A DNA stretch of 64,000 nt from contig CBDCTZ010000016.1 in NCBI GenBank assembly GCA_965222375.1, forward strand, positions 288,001 to 352,000, read 5' to 3'. The stretch's first letter is position 1, and every line of letters starts with the position of its first letter. The notes under the pieces were generated by a model, which had not been told where the DNA came from, ran no database searches, and saw nothing but the letters and a program-made list of their open reading frames with translations. The position numbers and the translations under genes were made by a program. Source of the DNA: Polyangiaceae bacterium (GTDB lineage: Bacteria; Myxococcota_A; Polyangia; Polyangiales; Polyangiaceae). This document shows, in pieces, positions 20,272-29,983 of this stretch.

Positions 20272-21591
20272 TCAGTCCCGCGCTGGGCGGCCCATGCCGC
20301 GATAGGCCAGGCCCGCTTCGGATACGGATTCGGGCACCAGCACGTTTCGGCCGTCGAAGACGTGGCGACCGCGCATGAGCTTTTTGACCCGCTCCAGGTC
20401 TGGCGAGCGGAAGTGGTTCCACTCCGTGGCGAGCACCACGGCGTCCGCGCCGCGACAGGTTTCGTACAGGTTGTCGAACATCTCGACGCCGGTGGTGACG
20501 TCATGCTCTTTCAGCCAGACCGTGGCGGTCTCTTGTGCTTCGGGATCCGTGGTCCGAATGGTAGCTCCGCGTTTGACCAACTCGGCGATCAGGCGCAGCG
20601 CAGCGGCCTCCCGCACATCATCCGTCTTCGGTTTGAAGGCGAGGCCCCAAACCGCGACCACTTTGCCCTTCAACTCGCCCAAGTCCGCCTCCATGCGCTG
20701 GAGCATGGTTTGCACTGGAACTTCGTTGGCCGCTCGGGCGGCATCCGCCACGCTCACGGCCACGCCTAGCTCTTTGGCGGTGTGCACTAGGGCGCGCAGA
20801 TCTTTGGGGAAGCAGCTGCCGCCGAAGCCGAGGCCCGGGTACAAGAACTGCAACCCGATGCGCTCGTCAGCGCCCACCGCGAGGCGCACGTGCTCCACGT
20901 CGGCTCCGACCACGTCGCAGAGATGCGCAATCTCGTTCATGAAGGAGATTTTCGTAGCCAGCAGCGCGTTGGCCGCGTACTTTACGATCTCCGCGCTTGC
21001 CGGTGCCATGCAGTGCAGGCGGTTGCTCTGGCGATTGAAGGGCGCGTATAGCCGCGTCATCAATTCCACGGCGCGGTCGTCATCGGTGCCGATCACGATT
21101 CGGTCAGGCTTGAGGAAGTCGTTGACTGCGTCGCCCTCTTTCAAGAACTCCGGATTGCTCACCACGCTGACCTTGTGCTTGGACAGGCCTTGCACGACTT
21201 CGCGCACCTTCTTGTTGGTGCCAACGGGCACCGTGCTCTTGAGCACCAGCACCACGTCGTTTTCCGCCATGCTGGCGACGTCCTTTGCGACTTTGAGCAC
21301 GTGCTTCAGATCCGCTGAGCCATCTTCGTTCGGTGGCGTGCCCACCGCGATGAATACGACCGAGCGGCCCTTGATCGAGTCCTTCAAGTCCGAGCTGAAC
21401 TTGAGGCGATCTGGGTAGTTATGCTTTACCAGATCGTCGAGCCGGGGTTCAAAGAAGGGCACGTCCCCAACCCGAAGCTTCTCCAATTTCTTCTCGTCGA
21501 CATCCACGCAGGTCACGTCGACGCCAACGTCAGCGAAGCAAGCGCCAGCCACCAAGCCGACGTACCCAGAGCCCACTACTGCAATGCGCAT
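20272..21591 (-). CDS. ugd: UDP-glucose 6-dehydrogenase
   Basis: GSGYVGL, KSTVPVGT, SNPEFLKEG, GFGGSCFPKD, GLAFKPKTDD. Confidence 0.96.
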   Translation of the reverse strand: MRIAVVGSGYVGLVAGACFADVGVDVTCVDVDEKKLEKLRVGDVPFFEPRLDDLVKHNYPDRLKFSSDLKDSIKGRSVVFIAVGTPPNEDGSADLKHVLKVAKDVASMAENDVVLVLKSTVPVGTNKKVREVVQGLSKHKVSVVSNPEFLKEGDAVNDFLKPDRIVIGTDDDRAVELMTRLYAPFNRQSNRLHCMAPASAEIVKYAANALLATKISFMNEIAHLCDVVGADVEHVRLAVGADERIGLQFLYPGLGFGGSCFPKDLRALVHTAKELGVAVSVADAARAANEVPVQTMLQRMEADLGELKGKVVAVWGLAFKPKTDDVREAAALRLIAELVKRGATIRTTDPEAQETATVWLKEHDVTTGVEMFDNLYETCRGADAVVLATEWNHFRSPDLERVKKLMRGRHVFDGRNVLVPESVSEAGLAYRGMGRPARD

Positions 21592-21673
21592 GCGGGGGGC
21601 TTAACCGCTCGCGGTACCCCTGTCGAGACGGATCCCTCGGTGCGCCGCGCGTTGCACGCGACGACTCAAACGT

Positions 21674-22039
21674 TCAGCCCGTATCTTCGGGTGCGGATAG
21701 GCAAGCTTGGGGCACTTCCAAGCAAACCTGCGGCCCGGGGCCGGGATCCGGTGCTGGCGGCGAAAGGCAGGGGCCAGGAATTGGTGGAGGCGGAGCGCCG
21801 GCGTCCTCGCCCTCGCCGGCGGGAAGGTCGGCGTCGGGTTGTTCCGAAGGCACGGCGCCCGCTTCGTCCTCTGGCGCTTCAGCATCGGGTTCAGCGACTT
21901 GAACGCTCGTTGCCGGCGGAGACACGTCCTTCTTGGCGCAACCTTGCGCGGCCGGGCCCACCACCCCAGCGCTTGCCAACGCGGCGGCGACGAAGCGCGC
22001 GCGTCGTCTGAGGATTGCGTCTCGGTCGTCTGCAGGCAT
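21674..22039 (-). CDS. small Pro/acidic lipoprotein-like peptide with 3 PxxCL motifs (paralog 1)
   Basis: leader DRDAILRRRARFVAAALASAGV…AQGC; cores PGPCLS, PQVCLE, PQACLS; two paralogs in window. Confidence 0.8.
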   Translation of the reverse strand: MPADDRDAILRRRARFVAAALASAGVVGPAAQGCAKKDVSPPATSVQVAEPDAEAPEDEAGAVPSEQPDADLPAGEGEDAGAPPPPIPGPCLSPPAPDPGPGPQVCLEVPQACLSAPEDTG

Positions 22040-22042
22040 GGC

Positions 22043-22420
22043 TCAGTTCACGAAATCCAGACAGATCTGGGGTTTGGTGCCCCTATGACCTGGCGCGGGA
22101 GGAGACAGGCACGGGCGAGGTGGAGGTTTGGGCGGCGTTGCCGTGTCGGGCGGCTGTGAGGTCGTGAGTTCTTGTCCCGCGGCTTCGCTGTTGGCTCCCG
22201 CATCAGGCAGTTCTGTAGGCTCGACAGGGGGCGCCTCGGCGTCGGGTTCGATGCTTTCCGCACCAGCCTCTGCGACGTGCACGCTGGTGACCGGCGACGC
22301 AGGCGGATCCTTCTTGGCGCAGCTCGGTGACACGGAGCCGACGACCCCGGCGCTCGCGAGCGCGGCCGCAACGAAGTGCGCGCGCCGCTTGAGGATCGTA
22401 TCTCGGTCGTCTCCACCCAT
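22043..22420 (-). CDS. small Pro/acidic lipoprotein-like peptide with 2 PxxCL motifs (paralog 2)
   Basis: leader DRDTILKRRAHFVAAALASAGV…SPSC; cores PRPCLS, PQICLD; 3 nt from paralog 1. Confidence 0.8.
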   Translation of the reverse strand: MGGDDRDTILKRRAHFVAAALASAGVVGSVSPSCAKKDPPASPVTSVHVAEAGAESIEPDAEAPPVEPTELPDAGANSEAAGQELTTSQPPDTATPPKPPPRPCLSPPAPGHRGTKPQICLDFVN

Positions 22421-22439
22421 GGCGTCAGACTAGATCCCT

Positions 22440-22835
22440 TTGGGTTCCGAAACCAAGCTTGGGCTTTCGGTCGGGCGCTCGTCAATTGCCCGTCCGGGGC
22501 GTGCGATGCTGATGACTGGAGACGAGCGGATGCGAGCGAGCGCCCCACTGCGCCACAGCACGACGCACGCGAAGGCGTGTTCGCCCATCCTGGACGCGAT
22601 CCAATGCACCAAGAAAGTCCTGGCTCACCCGGGTTGCGGGTGCCCCACGGCCATCAATCCGGACAACACCGACGCGGTGGAAAAGCTCGATCGACTCCAG
22701 AACGAGTGGGACAAGCTCAATTGCTCAGAGGGGATCGTGTGCCCAGCGGCGGCCTGCGCTCCAATCGATGGAGTCTGCGGCGAGACCAGCCCGGGAAGCA
22801 CCACGGGCATGTGCGAGGACGCCGTACAGGAATAG
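22440..22835 (+). pseudogene. orphan Cys-rich domain homologous to the C-terminus of 2276..2926, lacking a signal peptide
   Basis: AKAC…C.KKV….CGC.T.IN.DN…W…C….VCP aligns with AKAC…C.TKV….CGC.T.IN.DN…W…C….ICP. Confidence 0.55.
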
Positions 22836-22871
22836 CGGCGACTGGCGTCGCGCCCGGAAGCGCCGCCGGGG

Positions 22872-24464
22872 TTAGCCTTCGACCAGTACGAAGGTTTTCG
22901 CGCCCATGCCGTAGGTTTGCACGCTGCCCCAGCCTGAGGGCAAGTCGGGCTTGACCCACTCGAAGACGCGCTTGGCGTCCAAGGGCGAGAGATTCACGCA
23001 GCCGCCGCTCTTGCGCTCGCCGAAGTCCTCGTGCCAGTAGGCGCCGTGGATCGCGTAGGGGCGCTGGAAGTAGATGGTCCAGGGCACGTCGGCGATCCAG
23101 CTGCGTTTGGGGTCACCACTTTCGGTGGTCATGGTGCTGACGTGGTGTTTGCTCTCGACCCAGTAGCGGCCATAGGGCGTGGCGTCTTCTTTGCCGGGTG
23201 ACATCAGGGTCGCGAACACAGGTGTGGCGCCCTCGTACAACACGAGGGTGCCTCGGTTGACCCGCACGTGAACCCAGCGCCCGGACTTGGTCCTCTTCGC
23301 TTCCCAGGGCGTCTTCCGGGTCTCGATCAGGCGCGCGCTCGACTTCTCGATGTAGTGCCCGCCGTCCTTGGTTTCGTAGAAGCGCTTGCGATCGTGCCGT
23401 TCCACATTTCCCGTCAACGCAACGAAGCTCTGATGCGCCCAGGTCTCGGAAGTCTTCTCGAAGCCCGAGTCGGTCTTGCGCCATTTGGGTTGGGCCCCTT
23501 TGCGCATGAACGCGATGGGCAGCTGCGCGCCCTTGCCGAGCTCGACTCCGGAAAAGCCCGAAACCGCAAAGCGCTTGAGCCCCTGCGCGGGCACGACGCT
23601 CATGTCCGTGGTCAGCACCCAGGTGCGCCCGTAGGCTTCAAAGGCACGGGTGTAGGCGAGCATGACGCCATTCGGCGCCCGCTTCTTGTACACGCCGCGG
23701 GCTTTGCCCCAGGGCGTCGGGGCGCGCTTTCCGCCTCGAAGGAACTCGGGGATGGGCCCATTGGCGACGATGGCTTCGTCTTGCGCCAGCTCGTCGTGCC
23801 CCGCGTTCCAGCCACGCATCTTGCGTCGGTTGCGGCTACCGAGCTTCCACTTGAACTCAGACTCGGGCACCGGCGCCACCAACATCGGCGCGCCCACACT
23901 CAGTGCGTAGTTGTACGGAACCGGGCCCGGCGCGGGCATGGTCCAGCGCCCGGCGCGCATCCACGCCGAGTCCATGTCCAGGGTCGAGCGCCCGCCGACG
24001 CACACCACCCCGTGCTCGACCTTCACGAACTCGCGACACTTGCCTTGACCCGGGACGCGCTCTTTGCTCAGCAGCGGCAAGCTCGAACCGTCCCGAATGC
24101 TGCCTAGAGGCAACGCACCCGAGTGCGGTTTGGGTTGGATCCAAGTGCCCCAGGTGCGGCTGCCAATACGACCGTGGGGTGAAGCAGAAGGAGCAGGTGG
24201 GTAGCTCTGGTCAAAGAACCTTTTGAGTCGAGCCTCCATGCGCTCCGCCGGGGGCAGCTTGGCTTCTGCTGCCTTTCGCTGCGCCGAAGCTGTCGGACTG
24301 GAGGACGCCGTCTCGTTTCCAGCTTGCCGAGCTTCCGTGTGCGTCCGCGTTGCTTCAGCGCTGGCGCCGCCTTGCCGCTGTGCTTCGGCGGAGCCGCACG
24401 CCTGCAGCAGGGTTGCTGAGCCGAACACCGTCAGTAGCGCTGCAAGTGAGTCGCTTCGTCGCAC
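22872..24464 (-). CDS. L,D-transpeptidase (YkuD) family lipoprotein
   Basis: TPYGRY, AIHGAYWH…SGGCVNLSP catalytic motif; LLQAC lipobox. Confidence 0.92.
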   Translation of the reverse strand: MRRSDSLAALLTVFGSATLLQACGSAEAQRQGGASAEATRTHTEARQAGNETASSSPTASAQRKAAEAKLPPAERMEARLKRFFDQSYPPAPSASPHGRIGSRTWGTWIQPKPHSGALPLGSIRDGSSLPLLSKERVPGQGKCREFVKVEHGVVCVGGRSTLDMDSAWMRAGRWTMPAPGPVPYNYALSVGAPMLVAPVPESEFKWKLGSRNRRKMRGWNAGHDELAQDEAIVANGPIPEFLRGGKRAPTPWGKARGVYKKRAPNGVMLAYTRAFEAYGRTWVLTTDMSVVPAQGLKRFAVSGFSGVELGKGAQLPIAFMRKGAQPKWRKTDSGFEKTSETWAHQSFVALTGNVERHDRKRFYETKDGGHYIEKSSARLIETRKTPWEAKRTKSGRWVHVRVNRGTLVLYEGATPVFATLMSPGKEDATPYGRYWVESKHHVSTMTTESGDPKRSWIADVPWTIYFQRPYAIHGAYWHEDFGERKSGGCVNLSPLDAKRVFEWVKPDLPSGWGSVQTYGMGAKTFVLVEG

Positions 24465-24530
24465 GAACGCGCATTGTCTCGCGACATGACCGAAGCCGCC
24501 AAACTCGCGGGGGGCCCAGTCTGCGCCAAG

Positions 24531-24568
24531 GCGAGAGTAGTGCTCCGCCGGGGCCTAGGGATGCGACC
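24531..24568 (+). repeat. dispersed 38-bp bipartite intergenic motif, copy 1
   Basis: GCGAGAGTAGTGCTCCG-CCGGGG-CCTAGGGATGCGACC; gap-free alignment to four other copies. Confidence 0.8.
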
Positions 24569-24652
24569 AAAAACCCAAGCAAATCAAGGCATTATGCTGA
24601 CAGGTCGGCAAGCGTTCTGCACTGGACTCGGCGCGTCCTTATTATCGCCTGC

Positions 24653-25510
24653 GTGAAGGGCGGACCTGGATTTCGTTCGGGGGCATCGAGCCTTTGGTAC
24701 GGCTTTCGATTCCTGCTCGGCAGTCCGCGCAGCTGGCCCTACGCGATCATTCCGGCCTTGGTGCTGATGGCGTTGGTGACTATCTGCGTCGCCATTTCGG
24801 TGACTGTGATCCGCTCTTGGGCGGCGGGTTGGATCGATTCGGGATCGGGCAGCACGTGGGCCGTTTGGGCGGGAGCGGCCGTTGGCTGGCTGGTGGCGAT
24901 TATCGCCGGTGTGATCGGCTTGCTGATTTCCCTCGCGTTGGCATCGCCAATTTCTGCGCCTGCGCTCGAGAAGCTGGTTCTGCATGTCGAGGAGAAGATC
25001 GACGCGCCGCCCCGCGCCGAGAGCAGCTTCTTCAAAGAGATGTGGTTTGGGCTCAAGGCGCAGGTGTTCGCTTTCGCGGTGGCCATCCCGCTGCTTTTGT
25101 TGCTGTGGATCATCGACCTCGTGTTTCCGCCCGCGGTGGTGGTGACTTTGCCGTTGAAGCTGTTGGTCGCGGCGTTCTCGCTGTCTTGGAACTTGCTCGA
25201 CTATCCTTTGACCCTGCACGGCGTGCGGATGCGGGATCGCCTGCGCCTATTCCGTGCCCACAAGCGCGCTACGTTGGCATTCGGTATCGGCTTTGCGATC
25301 TTGTTTTGGCTACCGTGCTTTCAAGTCTTGATGCTGCCCGTGGGCGTGGTAGCGGGCACGCGTTTGGTGTGGTGGCTACTGGAGGCGAGTCCGGAGTTGG
25401 CCCAGGCTTGGGGCCTGGCGCCCGCGCCGAGCGCTAGCCACGAGCTTGCTGAAGGCCAAGCCGTTGTCCCGCAGCTCCCGGATCAGGTCTCACAAGGGCC
25501 CTCCGGTTGA
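24653..25510 (+). CDS. EI24/CysZ-family membrane protein
   Basis: multi-TM; SAPALEKL, WNLLDYPL and LPVGVVAGT motifs typical of CysZ-like proteins. Confidence 0.85.
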   Translation: MKGGPGFRSGASSLWYGFRFLLGSPRSWPYAIIPALVLMALVTICVAISVTVIRSWAAGWIDSGSGSTWAVWAGAAVGWLVAIIAGVIGLLISLALASPISAPALEKLVLHVEEKIDAPPRAESSFFKEMWFGLKAQVFAFAVAIPLLLLLWIIDLVFPPAVVVTLPLKLLVAAFSLSWNLLDYPLTLHGVRMRDRLRLFRAHKRATLAFGIGFAILFWLPCFQVLMLPVGVVAGTRLVWWLLEASPELAQAWGLAPAPSASHELAEGQAVVPQLPDQVSQGPSG

Positions 25511-25542
25511 ACCGCGTGCCGTGGCTGAGCTAGCGTCCGCAG

Positions 25543-27141
25543 GTGACGGTCGATAGCGCAACCCTCGGCAGTAGCCGCGCTTTGGTTCCGAACCGGAGCC
25601 GTGCGGCGAGTAGTTCCGCCGTTGCTGGGTCGTCTCGAGGAGTCGACTCCGCGCTCAACGATCGCGTGCGCCTATTCCTCAAGGTCATCACGTTGATCAA
25701 CCTGCTCTTCACTTCGGTTGGCGGGGTGATGTGGCTCGGAGGGTTCGACCCCCGGCTCGAAACCCGCGGGCCGATTGTGTTTGGGCAGCTCGCGGCGATG
25801 ACGTTGCTCAGCGGCTTGGCGTGGGCGTACGTCGTGTACCGCCCCCCGCGTTTTGTGGCAGCCATCGTTACTCAGGCGGTCGTGACCATCGCGGTGAATG
25901 CGAACTACGCGCGACTCGCGCTCAGCGGAAATGCTGTCGTTGAACCGATCTCGCTGATGTACGTCGTCGTGTTGGTGACCATCGTGCTGACGTTGCGCTC
26001 GACGCTGGTGCCGAGCCCCATGTTAGCGAGTGTGGCGTCAGGAACGATCTCGTTCGTGATCGTGTTCACGTTCGCGCTGACGGCGAAGACCGTTCTGCCA
26101 GCGCTCGCAATCGTGTGGAGCGCCGTGTCGGCCGTCGTGGTCGTCGGGGTGACCGCTTTGGCGTCCTACACGATTTACGGACTCGATCGCCGCGCGCGCG
26201 CCGCAGCCCGCTTGGGTCAGTACCAACTCGTGCGTCGCCTGGGGCAGGGCAGCATGGGCGAGGTGTATCTCGGGACCCACGCGCTGCTCAATCGCTCCAC
26301 AGCGATCAAGATGCTGAGCGATGCCTCGACCTCGGCGTCCCGGGATCGCTTCCAGCACGAAGTCCGCACCGCCAGCACCCTGACCCACCCCAACACGGTC
26401 GAAATCTACGACTACGGGCGCACGCCAGCCGGCGTCTTCTACTTCGCGATGGAGTACGTCGAAGGTGCGACCCTCGAGCAGATTGTGAGAGCCACGGGCG
26501 TGATGTCGCCGGCGCGGGTCGTGCACTTGCTGCTTCAAGCTTGCAGCTCCCTCGGCGAGGCCCACGAGAAAGGCTTGGTACATCGCGACGTGAAGCCGTC
26601 CAACCTGATGCTCTGCGAGCGGGGCGGGGTCTACGACACGCTCAAGGTTCTGGACTTCGGGTTGGTGCGGGAGCTCGGCTCGGAGTCCCTGAGCGAAGCT
26701 GGCCTGACCGGGACACCTTTGTATTTGGCGCCGGAAGCGATCGTGGATGGGGATGCGTTTTCGGCAGAGAGCGACGTCTATGCGATTGGCGCCACCGCGT
26801 ACTTCTTGTTGACGGGGCGCCCGCCTTTCTACGACGGCGATTTGGTCGAGGTGTTGAGCGACCACTTGGCAACCGAGCCCGCGGCGCTGGAGTCGGACGA
26901 CGACAAGCTCAACGACTTGGTCATGCGCTGCTTGGCGAAAGACCCAGCGGATCGCCCGGAAAACGCCAGGGCGTTGGTTGCCGAATTGCGTGGCTGCACG
27001 AGTTTCGGCGCTTGGAACGATGATGACGCTCGTGTGTGGTGGACCGAGCACAAAAGCATCGTGGAGTCGGCGCCGGTCTCAGATTCTGAGTCTCAACCCG
27101 GGGACTCGTCGGTTGGCGATTCGGGTTGCGCTTGGTCGTAG
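25543..27141 (+). CDS. serine/threonine kinase with N-terminal multi-TM sensor
   Basis: LGQYQL, LGQGSMGEVY, HRDVKPSN, DFGLV, GTPLYLAPE. Confidence 0.93.
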   Translation: MTVDSATLGSSRALVPNRSRAASSSAVAGSSRGVDSALNDRVRLFLKVITLINLLFTSVGGVMWLGGFDPRLETRGPIVFGQLAAMTLLSGLAWAYVVYRPPRFVAAIVTQAVVTIAVNANYARLALSGNAVVEPISLMYVVVLVTIVLTLRSTLVPSPMLASVASGTISFVIVFTFALTAKTVLPALAIVWSAVSAVVVVGVTALASYTIYGLDRRARAAARLGQYQLVRRLGQGSMGEVYLGTHALLNRSTAIKMLSDASTSASRDRFQHEVRTASTLTHPNTVEIYDYGRTPAGVFYFAMEYVEGATLEQIVRATGVMSPARVVHLLLQACSSLGEAHEKGLVHRDVKPSNLMLCERGGVYDTLKVLDFGLVRELGSESLSEAGLTGTPLYLAPEAIVDGDAFSAESDVYAIGATAYFLLTGRPPFYDGDLVEVLSDHLATEPAALESDDDKLNDLVMRCLAKDPADRPENARALVAELRGCTSFGAWNDDDARVWWTEHKSIVESAPVSDSESQPGDSSVGDSGCAWS

Positions 27142-29375
27142 TCTTGCTGGACCGCAAGACGAAATTGGCGCCGGAGCTTCCTGAGGTCGAGCTTCCCGGA
27201 GCGGAACTGATCGGCGAGGGCCTTCATTTCGCCGTCGGGCAAGGTCCGACGGACCTGGGTCTGCTCCGGTGCCCGAGCGAGCTCGAGGACGTCCTGGCGT
27301 ACATCGGCGGGCAACAAGGTATCCAGGTATTCGAGGCCGGTGCCTCGCTGCACCGCGTCGTCGGAGGTGACTGCTGCGACCGCCAGTTGGAGCGCCGCGA
27401 GATCGGCGCCGATAGCGAGCAGGATCAGAGAGAGCTCGAAATTCGGCGCGAATTTGCGCCCGCTCTCGTCGGTACGGAATGGTGAACGTTGCTCGAACGT
27501 CGTTTCCTCGCTCGGGGGGCGCACGCGATGGCGGAGCTCATGGGCGGCCCGCTGCGAGAGCACTCGGCGTGGGGGCGATAGGGCAGGAACCGACGCGCAC
27601 AGGCGCAACAGGGCGAGAGCGGCGGCGCGACGGATTCTGAACTCCGCCACTTCGAGAGCCTGGGTGAGCGCTGCTGCAGTGCGAGAGTCAGGAACACTGG
27701 AGAGAAGCTGAGCGGCGCGGACTCGTACTTCCACGGGGTAGCGGACCGAAAGCAGGATGTCCGTGAGTTGCCCCAGCGCGGCGGGCGCCGTGCGCTCGAG
27801 CTCCTGCCACTGGGGCGAGTCGATCGTGCAGGAGCTGATGGCGTCGAGCAGAGGCGTCTGGAGCAAGTGCTGCGCAACCTCCGACACCGGCACAGCTGGC
27901 GGTGGAGGCAGGGACTTCGCCGCCGAGCGTTTGTTCTCGGCGCGCTTCTTGACCAGCGCGACCAAGTCGCTGCGGGGAAGCTGTTCCGGTGCCTCCAGAG
28001 TTGGAGCGGAGTCGGTCAGATCTGGGATGTGACCTGCCCAAGCGTGCTGGACCGCGGAGTCGACGAAGGTGTACGCCAGGTTGCGGGCATCTGCGGTTGG
28101 GTTGGCTCCCAGGTTTTCCCGCGCACGGCGGATCTGGTCGGCCAGGGAAGCCACATAGCGCCGGTGCACGACGATGATCACGACCACGAGTAGGACCGAC
28201 ACTACAAGCCCGATGCCGAGTAGGATTTTGCCTGTGTAGGCGGCGGCTACGGCGATGAAGAGCAGCGCAAGCCCGCTTCCCACGGCGGTGCCGAGGCGAT
28301 CGACGCCCAGGTCGATCAGCATTTTGGCGCCGCGCTTCTGCTTGGGCGTGACCGGCGTGTAGAGCAGCTCGTAGCCCGAGCGGTACAGGGAGTTTTCTAC
28401 GATCATCGCTCCGCCGCGCAGCACGATCAGGACGCCCAGCACGGGCGCGAGAAGAGCAGCGATCAGGCCGAGTATGGTGACGACGGGCAGGCACACGACC
28501 GCCACGGCAACGCCCAGCCGTTCCAGCACCCGGTTGGAAAGCGCTGCCTGAACCAGGAAGGTTAGGATGCCGGTTCCGGTGTAGAAGGCTGCGAAGAAAG
28601 CGACCAGGGAGCCTGACTGGGCCTGACTCGCTTCGGCCTTGAAGACGTAGTCGACCAGCGCGGTGGTGAGTGCGCCCAAGAAGACGAGCAGGGCCATGGA
28701 CTTGAGGTGTGGGTTCCTTCCCATCGCCTCTATCCCCGCGAGCATCCCCGCGCTGCGAGATCGCTCACGTTCCTCTTGGACGCCGCCGCGAGCGACCACG
28801 GTCAGCGTGACGCCGCAGAGCCCGTTGCCCACCGCTAGCGCTGCGAGCAGGTGAGAGGGGGCGAGATCCGAAAACGCCCAAGTCAGTGCACCACCGACGA
28901 GACCACCCAGCGTGGCGCCGGCGGCGATCCGACCCATCACACGCTTTGCGGTGTATGGGTCGAAACGTTCGTTGATGACCGACCAGAAGCCGGAGACGAC
29001 CGCTCCACCGAAGGCAGCGGTGTGCAGGTAGAGGCTGCCCGCAACGGCGCGGGGAAAGGGCTCCATCAGCGCTGCCTCGATCACGAACAGGGCGCCGTTC
29101 ACACCGAACAAGATCGGGACGCCGCGGCGGGGCGAAAAGGTCGAGATGAAACGACCAAATACGAACGCGGCGCCAAAGGAGACGACCGCCGCCGAGATGA
29201 TTGCATGAGGCAGCGCCGTGGCGGGGAATTGGCTCAGGAAGAGACCGTCGCGGACAGCCTTGGACGCGATCTGCTGAGCGATCATGGTCAGCGCGATCGC
29301 GGCGGACAGCCAGGTCACCAGGCTGGGGACTTCTCCAGGTCGGCTGCTGCCGCTTCGCGTGCTCTCTCGTGCCAT
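27093..29375 (-). CDS. NTT/TLC (Npt1/Npt2-like) MFS transporter fused to HEAT-repeat domain
   Basis: KAVRDGLFLS, FWSVINERFD, YRSGYELLYTP…KMLIDLGVDRLG; C-terminal HEAT-like RGTGLEYLD. Confidence 0.8.
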   Translation of the reverse strand: MARESTRSGSSRPGEVPSLVTWLSAAIALTMIAQQIASKAVRDGLFLSQFPATALPHAIISAAVVSFGAAFVFGRFISTFSPRRGVPILFGVNGALFVIEAALMEPFPRAVAGSLYLHTAAFGGAVVSGFWSVINERFDPYTAKRVMGRIAAGATLGGLVGGALTWAFSDLAPSHLLAALAVGNGLCGVTLTVVARGGVQEERERSRSAGMLAGIEAMGRNPHLKSMALLVFLGALTTALVDYVFKAEASQAQSGSLVAFFAAFYTGTGILTFLVQAALSNRVLERLGVAVAVVCLPVVTILGLIAALLAPVLGVLIVLRGGAMIVENSLYRSGYELLYTPVTPKQKRGAKMLIDLGVDRLGTAVGSGLALLFIAVAAAYTGKILLGIGLVVSVLLVVVIIVVHRRYVASLADQIRRARENLGANPTADARNLAYTFVDSAVQHAWAGHIPDLTDSAPTLEAPEQLPRSDLVALVKKRAENKRSAAKSLPPPPAVPVSEVAQHLLQTPLLDAISSCTIDSPQWQELERTAPAALGQLTDILLSVRYPVEVRVRAAQLLSSVPDSRTAAALTQALEVAEFRIRRAAALALLRLCASVPALSPPRRVLSQRAAHELRHRVRPPSEETTFEQRSPFRTDESGRKFAPNFELSLILLAIGADLAALQLAVAAVTSDDAVQRGTGLEYLDTLLPADVRQDVLELARAPEQTQVRRTLPDGEMKALADQFRSGKLDLRKLRRQFRLAVQQDYDQAQPESPTDESPG

Positions 29376-29525
29376 CGGTTTTGTCGATATTGGGAGCAGA
29401 ACGGATGGCCCTGCAGGGACGTTCGGGGAGCATCGCCGCTGCTTGGCCCCGGAACCGTCTCAGTTTATTGGGGTTTTGTCTGAAATAAACCGAGGCCCTG
29501 GGACGAATACCTAACTGAAACCCCC

Positions 29526-29885
29526 ATGTTCATCCTCCGCGCAATCTACTTTCTGCTCATTGGCTGGTGGCTTGCCCTGCTCTGGGGCTGGGTGGCCTAC
29601 CTCGCCTGCGCGAGTTACGTGCTCCTGCCCGTTGGCACGATGATGTTCAATCGGCTGCCCTTCGTACTGACCCTCAAGCCCGGGGACACCGACGACGAGG
29701 GCTACCCCGACAAGGAGTTCCCTTTCATCATTCGGGTGATTTGGTTCTTCGCCATCGGTTGGTGGCTCGGCCTGGTCTGCTTCAAGTTCGGCTACCTGCT
29801 GTGCCTGACGATCATCTTCATGCCCTTCGGGATCTGGCTGCTGCACCGTGTTCCCGAGGCCATGACGCTGCGTCAGGCGTCCTGA
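29526..29885 (+). CDS. YccF-domain inner membrane protein
   Basis: two repeats of IxFxxIGWWL…CxxxxxxPxG. Confidence 0.85.
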   Translation: MFILRAIYFLLIGWWLALLWGWVAYLACASYVLLPVGTMMFNRLPFVLTLKPGDTDDEGYPDKEFPFIIRVIWFFAIGWWLGLVCFKFGYLLCLTIIFMPFGIWLLHRVPEAMTLRQAS

Positions 29886-29983
29886 GAGGGCTTTGGGCCC
29901 GGGCGCAGTCGGGCGCCACCAAGGTAGCGCGACCGCCGGCTGAGCAGTGGAGGACCGGGCGCGCGGCGTGCTCCCGAGCCGGG

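Noticed and set aside
19414..21418. long plus-strand ORFs 19414..20769 and 20375..21418
   Set aside because: Antisense shadows of ugd and the propeller gene, expected in high-GC DNA; no motifs.
24531..24568. 38-bp motif as a dif/Xer site or classical REP
   Set aside because: No resemblance to XerC/XerD arm consensus and no consistent internal palindrome across copies.
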